Source: Candidatus Bathyarchaeia archaeon (GTDB taxonomy: Archaea; Thermoproteota; Bathyarchaeia; Bathyarchaeales; Bathycorpusculaceae). Taken from it: a DNA stretch of 11,531 bases. The notes beneath the pieces were generated by a model, which did no database searches, was not told the origin of the DNA, and saw only the letters and a list, made by a program, of their open reading frames with translations. Numbering within the stretch: position 1 is the first letter of the stretch; each line of letters opens with the position of its first letter. Below are positions 1-7,356 of this stretch, in pieces. Position numbers and translations under genes: made by a program. The stretch lies in assembly GCA_050015395.1 (NCBI GenBank), contig JBEKBM010000041.1, forward strand, positions 1-11,531, read 5' to 3'.

Positions 1-300
1 TTGACGCCCAGACTCCGCCTGGAACCCTCAAGCCCTACGCTCTTACCCGCACCCCCTTGAGCGCATAACGTCCAAACTTAGGTTGCTCTCTCCCGAGCCT
101 AGCCGGGTTCGCCTGGTGAACAATGAAACAACTCCCCTACGGAAGCTGCCCATTGACCGCCAGCCCCAAAGGACGGATAGTCAATGTTTCGGAAATGAAG
201 ATCCAAGCGGCCTTCGGCGCCTCATCCGCAGATGTCAGCCCGTCGTATAGAGGGTTTACGGTACAATGGACCCCTACCCCACCGCCTAAGATCCACCGCC
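1..300 (-). ncRNA. ffs: Archaeal signal recognition particle (SRP/7S) RNA; 3' end truncated by the window edge
   Basis: The minus strand begins GGCGGUGGAUCUUAGGCGGUGGGGUAGGGGUCCAUUGUACCGUAAACCCUCUAUACGACGGG, an Alu-like domain with a UGUA turn and complementary loops AGGGG/CCCUCU. Helix 6 is GCAGCUUCC-GUAG-GGGAGUUGU (~148-127). Helix 8 is GAACCCGGCUAGG-CUC-GGGA-GAG-AGCAACC (110-81), matching the SRP54-binding consensus CAGG-NNN-GNRA-NNN-AGCA. The 3' partner strand of helix 1 lies beyond position 1. Confidence 0.93.
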
Positions 301-323
301 GAAAGTTAAAGGCGCACAACAAG

Positions 324-337
324 TTTTAAAACCTTCT
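324..337 (-). promoter_or_regulatory. BRE/TATA promoter of the SRP RNA gene
   Basis: Minus strand AGAAGG-TTTTAAAA. The TATA element (331-324) lies 24-31 nt upstream of the predicted 5' G at 300, which is canonical archaeal spacing. Confidence 0.75.
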
Positions 338-454
338 TAATGTTCAGCCAAGTTTTTCAGGTTCTACCGCATTTTTTGTCGATTACATGTTTTATTGCGC
401 TTTCTTCTACATAAAAAAGCACCGTTCTGCATGGAAAAGTGCGCGCCTTAATTC

Positions 455-497
455 TATGTTGAAGTATGTTGAATCATGTTTGGAGCCTAATAGGCTC
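455..497. repeat. Three imperfect 10-bp tandem repeats followed by a perfect 7-bp inverted repeat
   Basis: TATGTTGAAG TATGTTGAAT CATGTTTGGA (455-484), then GAGCCTA-A-TAGGCTC (483-497). Confidence 0.55.
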
Positions 498-571
498 ATC
501 TAGCAGACTGGAGGGTAGACTGTGAGAGAGCAAGCTTTGGCTTGACCTATGGGGATACCCTACTATTTGTG

Positions 572-609
572 CAAAAAATCAACCACAAAAAGCAAACAAA
601 AGCCAAGAA
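572..609 (-). terminator. U-rich putative terminator of the trp operon
   Basis: Directly after the trpA stop the minus strand reads GTTCTTGGCTTTTGTTTGCTTTTTGTGGTTGATTTTTTG. Multiple oligo-U runs are typical of archaeal terminators. Confidence 0.5.
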
Positions 610-1431
610 CTAAACGTTTACAGGCATTTTTGTTGCTGCCTTAAGCCCAGACGCAGTCGCTTGCAACTCTTTAAGCATAGCATCGATGTTGCCCTGACGC
701 TTTTGGATCAGGTTGATGAAGGCGCTTCCAACGATGACGCCATCTGCTCCTGCCCCAACAATGCGCGCTACATGCTCAGACTTCGAAACGCCAAACCCAA
801 CCGCCAACGGAATCCTCCCAGACGTGAAAGGCAAAACACGCTTGACCAGCTGAATAGTTGAACCCTCAATCGCTGACTGCGCACCTGTAACGCCGAAATG
901 TGAAACAAGATACAGAAAACCTGAAGAACACTCAACAATCCTTGACAATCGCTCGTTAGAAGTTGAGGGTGCTGCAAGGAAAATCGAGTCTATGCCGAAT
1001 TTGTTTGCTGCTTTCTTGTAGTCGCCTGCTTCCTCGACGGGTAAGTCTGGAACTATGACGCCATCAACCAGGCATTCTTTGGCTAACCTGAAAAATCTTT
1101 CCAGCCCCATCCTGAACACTGGATTATAGTAAGTCATTATTACAACTGGCACATCATGCCTTTGCCGTATTTCCTTAGCAACTTCCAGCACCTTAACAGG
1201 CGTTGTTCCAGCAGCTAAAGCGCGTACGCTTGCAGCTTGAATTGTGGGTCCATCAGCAATCGGATCAGAGAACGGCAATCCCAACTCCAGAATGTCTACG
1301 CCGCCTTTGATTAAGGCATCAGCAATTTTCGCTGTCAGTTCTGGTTTTGGGTCTCCAGCCATAATGTAGCCGATAAGCGCCCTGTTTCCATGCGCCTTTG
1401 CCTTTTGGAAGGCTTCGTTTATTGCGTTCAT
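610..1431 (-). CDS. trpA: Tryptophan synthase alpha chain
   Basis: Motifs [52 protein letters not shown] and [12 protein letters not shown] overlap with the trpB stop. Confidence 0.98.
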   Translation of the reverse strand: MNAINEAFQKAKAHGNRALIGYIMAGDPKPELTAKIADALIKGGVDILELGLPFSDPIADGPTIQAASVRALAAGTTPVKVLEVAKEIRQRHDVPVVIMTYYNPVFRMGLERFFRLAKECLVDGVIVPDLPVEEAGDYKKAANKFGIDSIFLAAPSTSNERLSRIVECSSGFLYLVSHFGVTGAQSAIEGSTIQLVKRVLPFTSGRIPLAVGFGVSKSEHVARIVGAGADGVIVGSAFINLIQKRQGNIDAMLKELQATASGLKAATKMPVNV

Positions 1432-2624
1432 ATTTTCGCCCTTATGTAGTCTGCTACAGTTTCCACGTCTTTGTCTCCCCGTCCCGACACTGTTACGACG
1501 ATTGACTGGGTCTTCTTCATCTGCTTGGCTAACTTCATTGCGTAAGCTACTGCATGCGAGGACTCTAATGCAGGCAGGATTCCTTCCTCTCTGGACAAAG
1601 TGAGAAAAGCATCTACCGCTTCCTTGTCCGTAGCAGAAGTATACTGCGCTCTCTTAAGCGTCTTAAGGAGGGAATGCTCTGGTCCAACGCCAGGATAATC
1701 TAAGCCAGCGGACACGCTGCTTGTGTTCTGTATTTGTCCATTACTATCTTGAAGAACGTAGGTTAACATGCCGTGAAATACGCCTTCTGCTCCTGCGCCA
1801 AGTGATGCGGCATGTTTGCCTGTTTCTAAGCCTTGGCCAGCAGCTTCAACACCGTAAAGCTTCACCGCGTCATCATCTTCGAAGGGGTAGAAGGTGCCCA
1901 TGGCGTTGCTTCCGCCGCCAACACAAGCAACCAGTGCGTCTGGCAGTCGACCTTCTTTTTTGTGGAATTGTTCTTTGAGTTCCTTGCCGATTACGCTTTG
2001 AAAATCTCTAACAATCATAGGGTACGGATGAGGACCCACCACCGAACCGATTAAGTAATATGTGCTCTCGATGTTTGTAACCCAATCCCTGAACGCCTCG
2101 TTTATCGAGTCCTTGAGGGTTTTTGAGCCAACTTCCACAGGATGGACTTGCGCGTTTAAAAGTTTCATCCTAAAAACGTTAAGCCGCTGCCGTTCACAGT
2201 CTTCCGTGCCCATGTAAACCTCAGCTTTTAAACCTAAAGCAGCGCAAGCTATTGCTGTGGCTACGCCGTGTTGACCTGCTCCTGTCTCAGCGATTACACG
2301 CGTCTTACCCATACGCTTAGCCAGAAGCGCTTGGCCGATTGTATTGTTTATTTTGTGTGCTCCACCGTGCGCTAAGTCTTCACGTTTAAGGTAAATCTTG
2401 GCGCCGCCCAGTTTACGGGTCAAGTTCTTAGCGTAATACAATGGTGTTGGTCTTCCAACGAATTCTGAAAGATAATAGTCAAGTTCTTTTTGGAAAGTCG
2501 GGTCTTTTCGGGCTTGCTCGTAGGCGTCTTCCAGCTCCTTAATCGCTGCCATCAGGACTTCTGGAACAAAACGACCGCCATATTTCCCATATTTTCCGTC
2601 AACTGGGTAATTGCTTACTTTCAT
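1428..2624 (-). CDS. trpB: Tryptophan synthase beta chain (TrpB1 type)
   Basis: [24 protein letters not shown] (PLP lysine), [51 protein letters not shown]. Confidence 0.98.
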   Translation of the reverse strand: MKVSNYPVDGKYGKYGGRFVPEVLMAAIKELEDAYEQARKDPTFQKELDYYLSEFVGRPTPLYYAKNLTRKLGGAKIYLKREDLAHGGAHKINNTIGQALLAKRMGKTRVIAETGAGQHGVATAIACAALGLKAEVYMGTEDCERQRLNVFRMKLLNAQVHPVEVGSKTLKDSINEAFRDWVTNIESTYYLIGSVVGPHPYPMIVRDFQSVIGKELKEQFHKKEGRLPDALVACVGGGSNAMGTFYPFEDDDAVKLYGVEAAGQGLETGKHAASLGAGAEGVFHGMLTYVLQDSNGQIQNTSSVSAGLDYPGVGPEHSLLKTLKRAQYTSATDKEAVDAFLTLSREEGILPALESSHAVAYAMKLAKQMKKTQSIVVTVSGRGDKDVETVADYIRAKI

Positions 2625-3400
2625 TTTGCATTCACAAACTCCTTAACTTTTTCTTCAATGTTATCGGTTGACATTATGGCTGATCCGATAAGGAAAGCGC
2701 ATGCGCCACTTTCACGGAGAAACCGTATGTCTGCTGGCGTGTTTATTCCGCTTTCACTTACGACCACTTTGCCTTTTGGATTAATTTCGGCAAGAATTTG
2801 TTTTGTCACGTTCAAATTCACCTTTAATGTTTCAAGGTTACGATTATTTATCCCAATCAAATCAGCGCCTGTTTTGATGGCTGAGCGAAACTCCGATTCG
2901 GTGTGGGTTTCAAGCAAAACCTCAAGACCGAACAGATGAGCCCCGTCTATCATTTCGTTAATGCTTTTTTCACAGTATCCTCTGTCAAAAAGCGCTTTAA
3001 TTAGCAAAACGGCGTTAGCTCCTATCTTTGGTGCGGCTTCGATTTGTATTGGGCTTAAGATTATGTCTTTCATGAGGATGGGAAGTTTCACGGCTTCTCG
3101 CGCTTCAGCCAATGCTTCTAGAGAGCCATTGAAGTGTTTTGGCTCAGTTAACACGGATATTGCGGTTGCTCCGCCTTTTGCCATAGCCTTCGCAATCATG
3201 CTTGCTTTAACGTTTTTTCTGATTATCCCAGCTGATGGTGAAGCGGCTTTGATTTCGGTTATGACTGGGGTAGCTTTGCTTTCTAAAATTGCCTTCCTTA
3301 AACTAATGCGAACCCTTTCTGTCGGCTTTAACGTTTCATAGTATCCGCTATCAATTGTTTCTTTAGCATCACGCGCCAGCACATCAAGGAAATCACTCAT
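2621..3400 (-). CDS. trpC: Indole-3-glycerol phosphate synthase (monofunctional, no TrpF fusion)
   Basis: [43 protein letters not shown]; 259 aa. Confidence 0.96.
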   Translation of the reverse strand: MSDFLDVLARDAKETIDSGYYETLKPTERVRISLRKAILESKATPVITEIKAASPSAGIIRKNVKASMIAKAMAKGGATAISVLTEPKHFNGSLEALAEAREAVKLPILMKDIILSPIQIEAAPKIGANAVLLIKALFDRGYCEKSINEMIDGAHLFGLEVLLETHTESEFRSAIKTGADLIGINNRNLETLKVNLNVTKQILAEINPKGKVVVSESGINTPADIRFLRESGACAFLIGSAIMSTDNIEEKVKEFVNAK

Positions 3401-4454
3401 ACTTCGCTTTCAACTCCTCAAGTTTTGACAGGCTGCCGCCTGAAGCTTTCACTAAAGCCTTAAGCTTGGCGTAGGCAGCTCCGCTTTCGATTGATTTGCG
3501 AGCTATTTCCATGCCGCCTTCGAAGTCTTCTGCTTCCCCGCCAACAATGATTCCTGCCGCACTGTTGACAAGCACAAACTCCGCTTTGGGGTCATCTAAG
3601 GTGCAGTTGCCGCTGAGAATTTTGAATAAAGTTTCAGCGCTTTCCTCAAGCGTTTCCACTTTCAAATCGGCGATGCTTGCCTTTTCTATTCCGAAATCGC
3701 TTGGAGAAGCCTCTCGTTCTGTTACTTTGCCTTTCTTTAACCATGCAATAGCCGTCTTTCCAACCGTTGACACTTCATCTAAGCCATCTAATCCATGAAC
3801 AACCATCGCTTCCTCGCAACCCAGCCGCTTCAACGCATAAGCCAATGGGGCAGTCAGTTTGGGGTCATATACGCCGAGCAGTTGGGCGTTAGCGCATGCT
3901 GGATTAGTTAGCGGTCCGAGGAGGTTGAATACTGTGCGAATGCCAATTTCCCGTCTTGGCTCAGCAGCATACTTCATAGCGGGATTGAAAGCTGGAGCAA
4001 ACATGAAGCCTATCCCAACGTTTTCTATTATGCCTTCAACTGCTTCGGGCTCCAAGTACAGGTTAAGACCGAGCTTTTCCAGCACGTCGGCGCTGCCGCT
4101 TTTGCTGGTTACAGCCCTGTTTCCATGCTTAGCAACCGCAACGCCAGCTCCTGCAATGACGAAGGCTGCTGCTGTGCTCACGTTGAAGGTTTTTATTTTG
4201 TCTCCGCCTGTCCCGCAGGTATCCACTAGGCGGCTATGCACACGGGGATGTATTTGGCTGCTCTGCTCACGCATAACAGAGGCAAAGGCGATGAGTTCCT
4301 CAACAGCTTCACCCTTCATTCGCAAGGCTGTTAGAAAAGCAGCAGTTTGTGAGCTTGTCGCTTTCCCCGACATGACTTCTCGCATTATCGCTCCTGACTC
4401 GTCGCTTGTTAAGCTGTAGCCTTCGATGAGTTTCTGTATGCCTTCCCTAATCAC
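3393..4454 (-). CDS. trpD: Anthranilate phosphoribosyltransferase
   Basis: DTCGTGGD, TFNVST, VAKHGNRAVTSKSGSADVLE, RTVFNLLGPLTNP, GLDEVS. GTG start overlaps the trpG stop. Confidence 0.98.
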   Translation of the reverse strand: MIREGIQKLIEGYSLTSDESGAIMREVMSGKATSSQTAAFLTALRMKGEAVEELIAFASVMREQSSQIHPRVHSRLVDTCGTGGDKIKTFNVSTAAAFVIAGAGVAVAKHGNRAVTSKSGSADVLEKLGLNLYLEPEAVEGIIENVGIGFMFAPAFNPAMKYAAEPRREIGIRTVFNLLGPLTNPACANAQLLGVYDPKLTAPLAYALKRLGCEEAMVVHGLDGLDEVSTVGKTAIAWLKKGKVTEREASPSDFGIEKASIADLKVETLEESAETLFKILSGNCTLDDPKAEFVLVNSAAGIIVGGEAEDFEGGMEIARKSIESGAAYAKLKALVKASGGSLSKLEELKAKYE

Positions 4455-5041
4455 AGCCGTCGCCCGCCATCCAAAAAGTTTTTAATTATAACTTTCCCAT
4501 CCTCGCAGAGAATCGATTCGGGATGAAATTGCACGCCGTCAATCGGGTACTTAACATGCCGAACACCCATGATTTCACCGTCGTCAACGCATTCTGCGGT
4601 AATTTCTAAGCATGAAGGAATAGAGCATCGCTCGCCAGCAAGTGAGTGATATCTCGTTGCCGTGAATGGGTTGCGTACACCCTTGAAGATACCTTTTTGG
4701 TCATGTTTTATGGTGCAGGTTTTGCCGTGCATTAGCCTTTTTGCGTGGATGATTTTTCCGCCATAGACGCTGATTATTCCTTGGTGACCTAAGCAGACGC
4801 CTAAAGTTGGAATTGTACGACTCATAGTTTGCAGAATTTCTGTGCAAACGCCAAAATACCTAACATCCTCAGGCGTGCCTGGACCTGGCGAAATCACAAT
4901 TCTGTCAGGTTTAAGCTTGGTTAACTGTTCTAGGGTAACTTTGTTGTTTCTGTAAACGATGGTTTCTGCGCCCTGTTCGCCTATGTACTGGACAAGGTTG
5001 TAAACGAACGAATCGTAATTATCGATTACTACTACCTTCAT
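4451..5041 (-). CDS. trpG: Anthranilate synthase component II (class I glutamine amidotransferase)
   Basis: IDNYDSFVYNL, ISPGPG, LGVCLGHQ, RYHSL, GVQFHPES (Cys-His-Glu triad). Confidence 0.97.
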   Translation of the reverse strand: MKVVVIDNYDSFVYNLVQYIGEQGAETIVYRNNKVTLEQLTKLKPDRIVISPGPGTPEDVRYFGVCTEILQTMSRTIPTLGVCLGHQGIISVYGGKIIHAKRLMHGKTCTIKHDQKGIFKGVRNPFTATRYHSLAGERCSIPSCLEITAECVDDGEIMGVRHVKYPIDGVQFHPESILCEDGKVIIKNFLDGGRRL

Positions 5042-6463
5042 GCTTTTGCGCCTCCAGCCCGCTCAAGCGCCTGCATCAGCGCTTTTGCCTTGTCGTCTGT
5101 TTCGAACCATTCTCTTTCTGGAACTGAATCAGCTACGATTCCGGCGCCAGCTTGAATGTACGCTTTGTTCTTGTCGGCGAAGAGGGTGCGGATGGTTATG
5201 GCAAAGTCGGCATTGCCATTGTATGAAAAGTAGCCTACTGCACCAGCGTAAGGTCCACGCCTTGCTGGTTCAAGTTCGTCAATGATTTCCATGGCTCGCA
5301 CTTTTGGTGCTCCAGAAACCGTGCCAGCTGGAAAAACAGCCCGCAACGCGTCATAGCTTTGAAGGTTTTCTTTAAGTTCACCTACCACTTGCGAAACAAT
5401 ATGTTGTACGTGGCTGTACCGATGGACTTTCATGAATTCAGGCACATGAACGCTACCGTACTTGGAGATTCTGCCAATATCATTACGTGCTAAATCGACA
5501 AGCATCACGTGTTCAGCACGTTCTTTTGGGTCGGCAAGCAATTCGCAGGCTAACTTGCGGTTTTCACCAGGGTCTTCAGCAACTGGTCTTGTTCCTGCAA
5601 TCGGGAAGGTTTCCACGGTTCTGTTTTCAACTCGGACGAGCATTTCGGGGCTGGAACCAACGATTTGCCGATCGCCTGACTTGTAAAAGTACATGTAGGG
5701 TGAAGGATTAATGGTGCGAAGAGACTGATAAAACGGAATCAGGTCACCTTTTATTTGGAATTGGTAGCGTTTGGACAGGACAACTTGGAAAATGTCTCCT
5801 GCAGTCACGTATTCTTTTGCTTTTTCTACCGCTTTTTCATAGTTTTCTTTTTTAGTGCTTACTTTAGGTTGAGTGTAAGATAATTCTTCAGAAGTGATGG
5901 GTTGCTTGAGTAGGTTTTCAACTTCGGGTAGACGGTTCTCGCTTCGGTAATAGTAGAATGCTTGTCGCTGTATATGGTTGAAGATGAATCCGTCGTCAAA
6001 TATGCCCATTTCCAATTCAGGAAAATTCAGGTCAAATCGGGACTTTTCTGGCAGTTTTTCCCAGTAACGTACCGCATCATAAGAGATGTAGCCGACTGCT
6101 CCGCCAATGAATCTGAATTCGCTGTTTGAGACTGCATCGTCTTTGAGGAGTTTTTCTATGAGTTGCAGTGGGTCGCTTGTTTTCTGTGTGGTTGTTTCGC
6201 CGGTTCTTTCGTTTTTGATTTGGGCTTTTTTGTTTTTTGTTTGGAGGGTTATTTTTGGGTCGAATCCGATGAATGAGTATTGTGCGAGTTTTTTTGGTCC
6301 TTCGATTGATTCGAGAAGGTAGGTTGTTTTGTATTGTTTTTGGAGTTTTGAGAATATTTCGAGGGGTTGTTGAGTGATCTGGATTTTTTTGATTTTTAGG
6401 GGGTTAGCTGGTTTGGTTTCGGTTGTTGTCTGTGTGCCAAAGGTGATTCCCCATTTTGTTCAT
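5038..6463 (-). CDS. trpE: Anthranilate synthase component I; the full-length product appears to need a +1 frameshift near 6442-6439 (about 474 aa from ATG 6463)
   Basis: The C-terminal part has GDIFQVVLS, NPSPYM, GSSPE, PIAGTRP, EHVMLVDLARND, PAGTVSGAPK and AGAGIVADS. Manual translation shows the same frame open from 6015 up to 6459 (TGA at 6462-6460), encoding ...PLEIFSKLQKQYKTTYLLESIEGPKKLAQYSFIGFDP...FRFIGGAVGYISYDAVRYWE..., but with no in-frame ATG/GTG/TTG. The ORF-track start at 6015 is internal. Gene identity is near certain; the start and frameshift are inferred. Confidence 0.9.
6404..6463 (-). CDS. 19-aa leader ORF MNKMGNHLWHTDNNRNQTS, the zero-frame product at the trpE start, with a single Trp codon
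   Basis: ATG AAC AAA ATG GGG AAT CAC CTT TGG CAC ACA GAC AAC AAC CGA AAC CAA ACC AGC TAA, preceded by TAAGGAAGC. A second in-frame ATG lies at 6454. Confidence 0.65.
   Translation of the reverse strand: MNKMGNHLWHTDNNRNQTS
6436..6442 (-). other. Candidate programmed +1 ribosomal frameshift site CUU-UGG-C
   Basis: P-site CUU can re-pair on the overlapping UUU (6441-6439), which is in the trpE frame. The zero-frame A-site codon is UGG (Trp). Confidence 0.65.
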
Positions 6464-6483
6464 GCTTCCTTATGGTTCAAAAA

Positions 6484-6529
6484 TATACGCCAATGTATTA
6501 TTTAAGGCTTACCAGTACAAAAATGTACT
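6484..6529 (-). promoter_or_regulatory. Putative trp operon promoter (TATA CTTAAATA, 6506-6499) flanked by two palindromic operator-like sites
   Basis: A perfect inverted repeat AGTACA-AAAA-TGTACT (6514-6529) and an imperfect copy TATACG-CCAA-TGTATT (6484-6499) lie 30 bp apart on either side of the TATA-like box, about 36 nt upstream of ATG 6463. Confidence 0.55.
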
Positions 6530-6853
6530 CTAAGGCTTGAGCACAACACTCATCCAATCCAGATAAGCCTTCGACGCATCAACAATCGGAAGCGCAAGAA
6601 CCTCCGGAACCTCATAACTATGCAAGCTCTTCACACGCTCAGCAACTTGCGAAAACAAGTCCATGCGTGATTTCATAACGATTAAGCACTCCTCAGCCTT
6701 CTCAATTTTGCCAGACCAATGAAAAAGTGACGTGACTGGACTAACGATGTTTCCGCAAGCAATCAAACGCTCATTCAAAAGCAATTGCATTATTTTTTCT
6801 GCTTCCTGCTTATCTTTCGCAGTAACTAATATGATAATGTAATTGTGGTTCAA
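6530..6853 (-). CDS. cutA: Divalent-cation tolerance protein CutA
   Basis: 107 aa; LIACGNI, SLFHWSGKIE..EE, LHSYEVPEV, YLDW. Confidence 0.95.
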   Translation of the reverse strand: MNHNYIIILVTAKDKQEAEKIMQLLLNERLIACGNIVSPVTSLFHWSGKIEKAEECLIVMKSRMDLFSQVAERVKSLHSYEVPEVLALPIVDASKAYLDWMSVVLKP

Positions 6854-7340
6854 TAGCTCTCACTAAAAGAAATGTTTAGTTTTGAGGAATAAATAAACTT
6901 GCACTTTACTTGAATTTTGCCCTTTCTGCCGAACGTCAAAATCACCGCTAGTTTAGGGAGAAATTTCCCACAGTCATATTATCGCCGTCGGAATCCCAAT
7001 TGTCTGTAAATCAATGAACAACTGCCAAATAAAAAAGGTAAAATTAGAATAATCTTTGCTCCATTGATACAGTGACGTATAACCATGAACTTGAGTGACT
7101 AGTAACAATGAAGATGCGTGACGTAAAAGAACAGCCAAAACAAGCTTTATTCAACAAAATAACCTTGAAACAGACGCTGAAGGATTAGAAAAAATAGTTT
7201 CGCAAGCGTGCCCTGCCTTAATTAGCTAAACGATGGGTTTAGTAGTTTTGCCCATGGAACATAGCAGGTTATTATCGAAGAAGTTGCTTGATTATAGCGA
7301 ATGGTTAAGACATTTAAATTTCCGTTTAAACAATAATAGA

Positions 7341-7348
7341 AGGTGAGG
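7341..7348 (+). promoter_or_regulatory. Shine-Dalgarno site for the 7357 gene
   Basis: AGGTGAGG lies 8 nt before TTG 7357. TTTAAA elements at 7313-7318 and 7325-7330 are TATA candidates. Confidence 0.6.
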
Positions 7349-7356
7349 GAAGCCAT

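Noticed and set aside
1-316. Group II intron 5' end (GTGCG at 316-312, minus strand) or RNase P RNA
   Set aside because: SRP helix 6, helix 8 and Alu motifs plus the TATA spacing explain the region, and GTGCG lies upstream of the predicted transcription start.
123-329. ORFs 123..329(+) and 137..322(-)
   Set aside because: They overlap the SRP RNA and its promoter and show no protein motifs.
455-484. CRISPR or mobile-element repeat
   Set aside because: The units are 10 bp with no spacers, terminal inverted repeats or transposase.
5038-6015. trpE starting at TTG 6015 (325 aa) as in the ORF track
   Set aside because: It would omit about 140 conserved residues (LLES, YSFIG, GGAVGYISYD) that are intact and in frame upstream.
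661-6322. Antisense and alternate-frame ORFs within the trp genes (e.g. 2490..2939, 2961..3341, 3859..4419, 6107..6322)
   Set aside because: Shadow ORFs of well-conserved genes with no independent coding signal.
6396-6440. Alternative start TTG 6440 (after GGGGA) reading MAHRQQPKPNQLTP-stop, joined to trpE by a -1 slip or a missing base at the C5 run
   Set aside because: It needs either a sequencing error or a -1 shift with no stimulatory structure, and it does not explain the Trp codon in a CUU-U context. Less favoured, but not excluded without reads.
6380-6475. Classical hairpin attenuator or T-box/TRAP leader
   Set aside because: The leader is too G/U-poor to form terminator/antiterminator stems. 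It has no U-tract, no tandem Trp codons and no (G/U)AG repeat array.
6441-6533. Plus-strand SD-like AGGTGAT followed by a 25-codon TTG ORF (6456-6533)
   Set aside because: It is antisense to the trp leader and promoter, has no evident plus-strand promoter and no recognisable product. Probably a by-product of the CAC-CTT shift context.
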